Part shown: positions 61,719 to 64,000 of the stretch, piece after piece | Layout of the letters: the number at the start of each line of letters is the position of its first letter | Numbering within the stretch: the stretch's first letter is position 1 | NCBI GenBank assembly: GCA_012295275.1 | Contig: CM022673.1 | Span: 11,718,001-11,782,000 of the forward strand | Length of the DNA stretch: 64,000 nucleotides | Direction: 5' to 3' | From: Chrysomallon squamiferum | Lineage: Eukaryota; Animalia; Mollusca | The notes under the pieces: model-generated | The model's database searches: none | The model's input: only the letters and a program-made list of their open reading frames with translations | What the model was told of the DNA's origin: nothing | Made by a program: the position numbers and the translations under genes

Positions 61719-62189
61719 TCCGTAAAGTTTTTCAAACTAATTATTTTTAAAATTGTATACATCCTTTTCTATTGTCCAACAACCTGCACTTGAAATGTGC
61801 CACCGCAGTGAGATATTTGCGTGTAAAGGATCACTACAACTGCCTACCCATTGTTTTTTTCCCCACATGTAACATTATCAGATCGTATGTGCGTTATACC
61901 ACGTCCTAACAACGGTAGTCGCTGCACTTTTCTGTTGATCTAATTGGCAGTGAAATATCTTAGTACGTATGCGACTTGGCAAACCCTGTTTGTGCATGAT
62001 TTAAACAGAGTTATATTTATACAAGCTACAAAGGAAGGAGTGGTTATAATATTGCTTAAGTATTATCAAAAGCCTGAATATATTTTATGTAACTTTGAAT
62101 TAATTTATATTTTTATTACATTATTATTATTATTATTTTTTTTTACAGCATGACGTTTAGATAATATGCTATGAGGATGCATACAGTCT

Positions 62190-62447
62190 GCCCATTTTTA
62201 AAATTTATTATTTTTGTAGTTTATGACGTCAAGAAAAATGGCATCTTTCATGTATCCCAGGGTTGGGTATTTTAGTGTAACACTTTATAATTATCAATTA
62301 TCAAAGCTTATTCTGCATAAATACAACAACAACACACACAGTAACATCCAACCCCATTTTAAAATTTAACCAGGGTATTTTAATCATTTATGACGTCAAG
62401 AAAAATTTTGCATCTTTCTTATTATCCCAGGGTTATTTAAGTGTGAA
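62190..62447 (+). repeat. Degenerate ~90-bp direct duplication, each copy with a TGACGTCA palindrome
   Basis: cccattttaaaattta...ttatgacgtcaagaaaaat..gcatctttc..tatcccagggtt at ~62191 and ~62354. Confidence 0.75.
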
Positions 62448-63258
62448 ATGTACCTAATTGCCTAACCGTAATAACTGACGTATATGTGTGTTCTGGAATG
62501 TATGTGTGTGTGTGTCTCTCTCTGTGTGTGTGTGTGTGTGTGTGTCTTTGTCTTTATGTGCATGTGCGCGCATGACTTTGTATATACATGCATATAAATG
62601 GCAATGATATTTAAATACTTTTTAATGCTATTAAAAGCTGTAAAATAGTAATATAAGAAGAAAAGAAGAAGAAGAAAGATGGCAGGAGGTCACTGTTGTT
62701 TGATTTATGTCGACCACACAGGCTGAGCATGATATCATATGCTTATGTCTTTGTTTAAAGGTCCTCCAAGGCTGCTTGCAAAATAAACAAAATAAACACA
62801 ACAGCCGATGTGAATATTATGAGCAATTTTGTTGTTCCCGGCAATCTGTATTGTTTGTTTATTGTAATGTAATATGCTTTACACGTGGCGCATGACTGAT
62901 GCTGTGTCCAAACCACTTTTGCGACAGCAGTGTATTTACATTAAACTTGGTAGATACCATACGCTGTTCCGATATGCGTGCATAAAGCTTAGCGATGAAA
63001 GTACACGTGACCTAGATGGTATGAATGACACACAGAATAAAGTGTGTACACAGACGCGCAGAAAACAAGCGCTAGCCAATCAGAGGGAACGTAACGTGAA
63101 AGGTTAGAGATCATGGCAAAACAGCGCTACTCTCTGCAAGCAAGGACGGTCGTAACGGGAAAGGAAGGTTGGATACCACTATGACACAGTCACTATGCAA
63201 AACCAAACAAAAAACAAACAAAAAAATGTGTCATTTCCAAATAAGAATACATGTAGTT

Positions 63259-63308
<50 letters not shown>

Positions 63309-64000
63309 AGATAAATAAAAGGATTAAGTTTTGTGCAAAAATAATCTGTTTAAAAATCTGTTGATGCATGAACCCTGATGGTTTAGAAAGACTTTAGTAA
63401 AAATAAATATGGTTATTATATAAACAATAAGAATTTATTGTAAAACTGCATTCGGAAAGTTATCTCAAAAATTAAAAACGTCTAATAAAAATTAATATAT
63501 TTTATAATGAAGCTACGTCTATCTGACATTTTGCTAAGGAATACGGTAACAATTACGTGAAGATTTCTCGACTGGCGCATGATGCAACATTTGTCCTAGA
63601 ACTAGGGCAACTATCGAAAGAGGCATTCGATCCAAAATTTTGTCCGAAAATTGGGACGACCGCCAAGCAAAGACTCGTTTATTATTAAAAAAACAAAAAA
63701 AAAAAAAAACACACACACAAAGGAGTGGAGAAAGAAAAAGAAATAAAACTTACGTGGGGGGAAATAATAATAATAATAATCATAAAATGAATAAAGTATA
63801 TGTATGCATACAAAGCTTTTTCAGTATTCTTTTTTGTTAGCGAAAGAACCACGGCTGCGAGAAATGTCAGGCTAAAAATATCTCGTGAATATAATGCACT
63901 TATTCGTGTAACTGATCAGCCGTTACGTGAATGCCCAGTAACCTCATCTATTCCTGCCAAGTAGAAAGGCCGCTATGTGAAGATCGCTTTAATTCGAGAA

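Overview
AT-rich, microsatellite-laden animal genomic DNA, probably lophotrochozoan/mollusc-like (an inference from composition and gene style). Five protein-coding genes are supported, most of them spliced and largely invisible in the ORF track. (1) The 5' part of C2CD5 on the minus strand (7 coding exons, running off the left edge). (2) Head-to-head with it, an intronless ankyrin-repeat + SOCS-box (ASB-like) CDS at 4975-5979. (3) An 8-coding-exon tetraspanin at 10212-16040 with CCA in place of the CCG hallmark. (4) An intronless class A GPCR at 22014-23030 with altered microswitch motifs. (5) A hand-assembled ~12-exon gene at 35752-50487 encoding a ~399-aa protein: signal peptide, two tandem six-Cys modules resembling neuritin/CPG15 and the RGM N-terminal domain, a Ser/Thr mucin stalk and a GPI signal. 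Gene 5 has a GC-AG intron, microexons and a tandemly amplified exon-end/splice donor that creates in-frame alternative donors. Also present: a Tc1/mariner-type MITE with TTAGGG repeats, several 36-44-bp minisatellites abutting splice sites, a candidate GC3-rich small ORF at 58219-58422 (-) and orphan splice signals. No prokaryotic systems, CRISPR arrays, rRNA or tRNA genes were found. All models come from manual reading; no database search was run.
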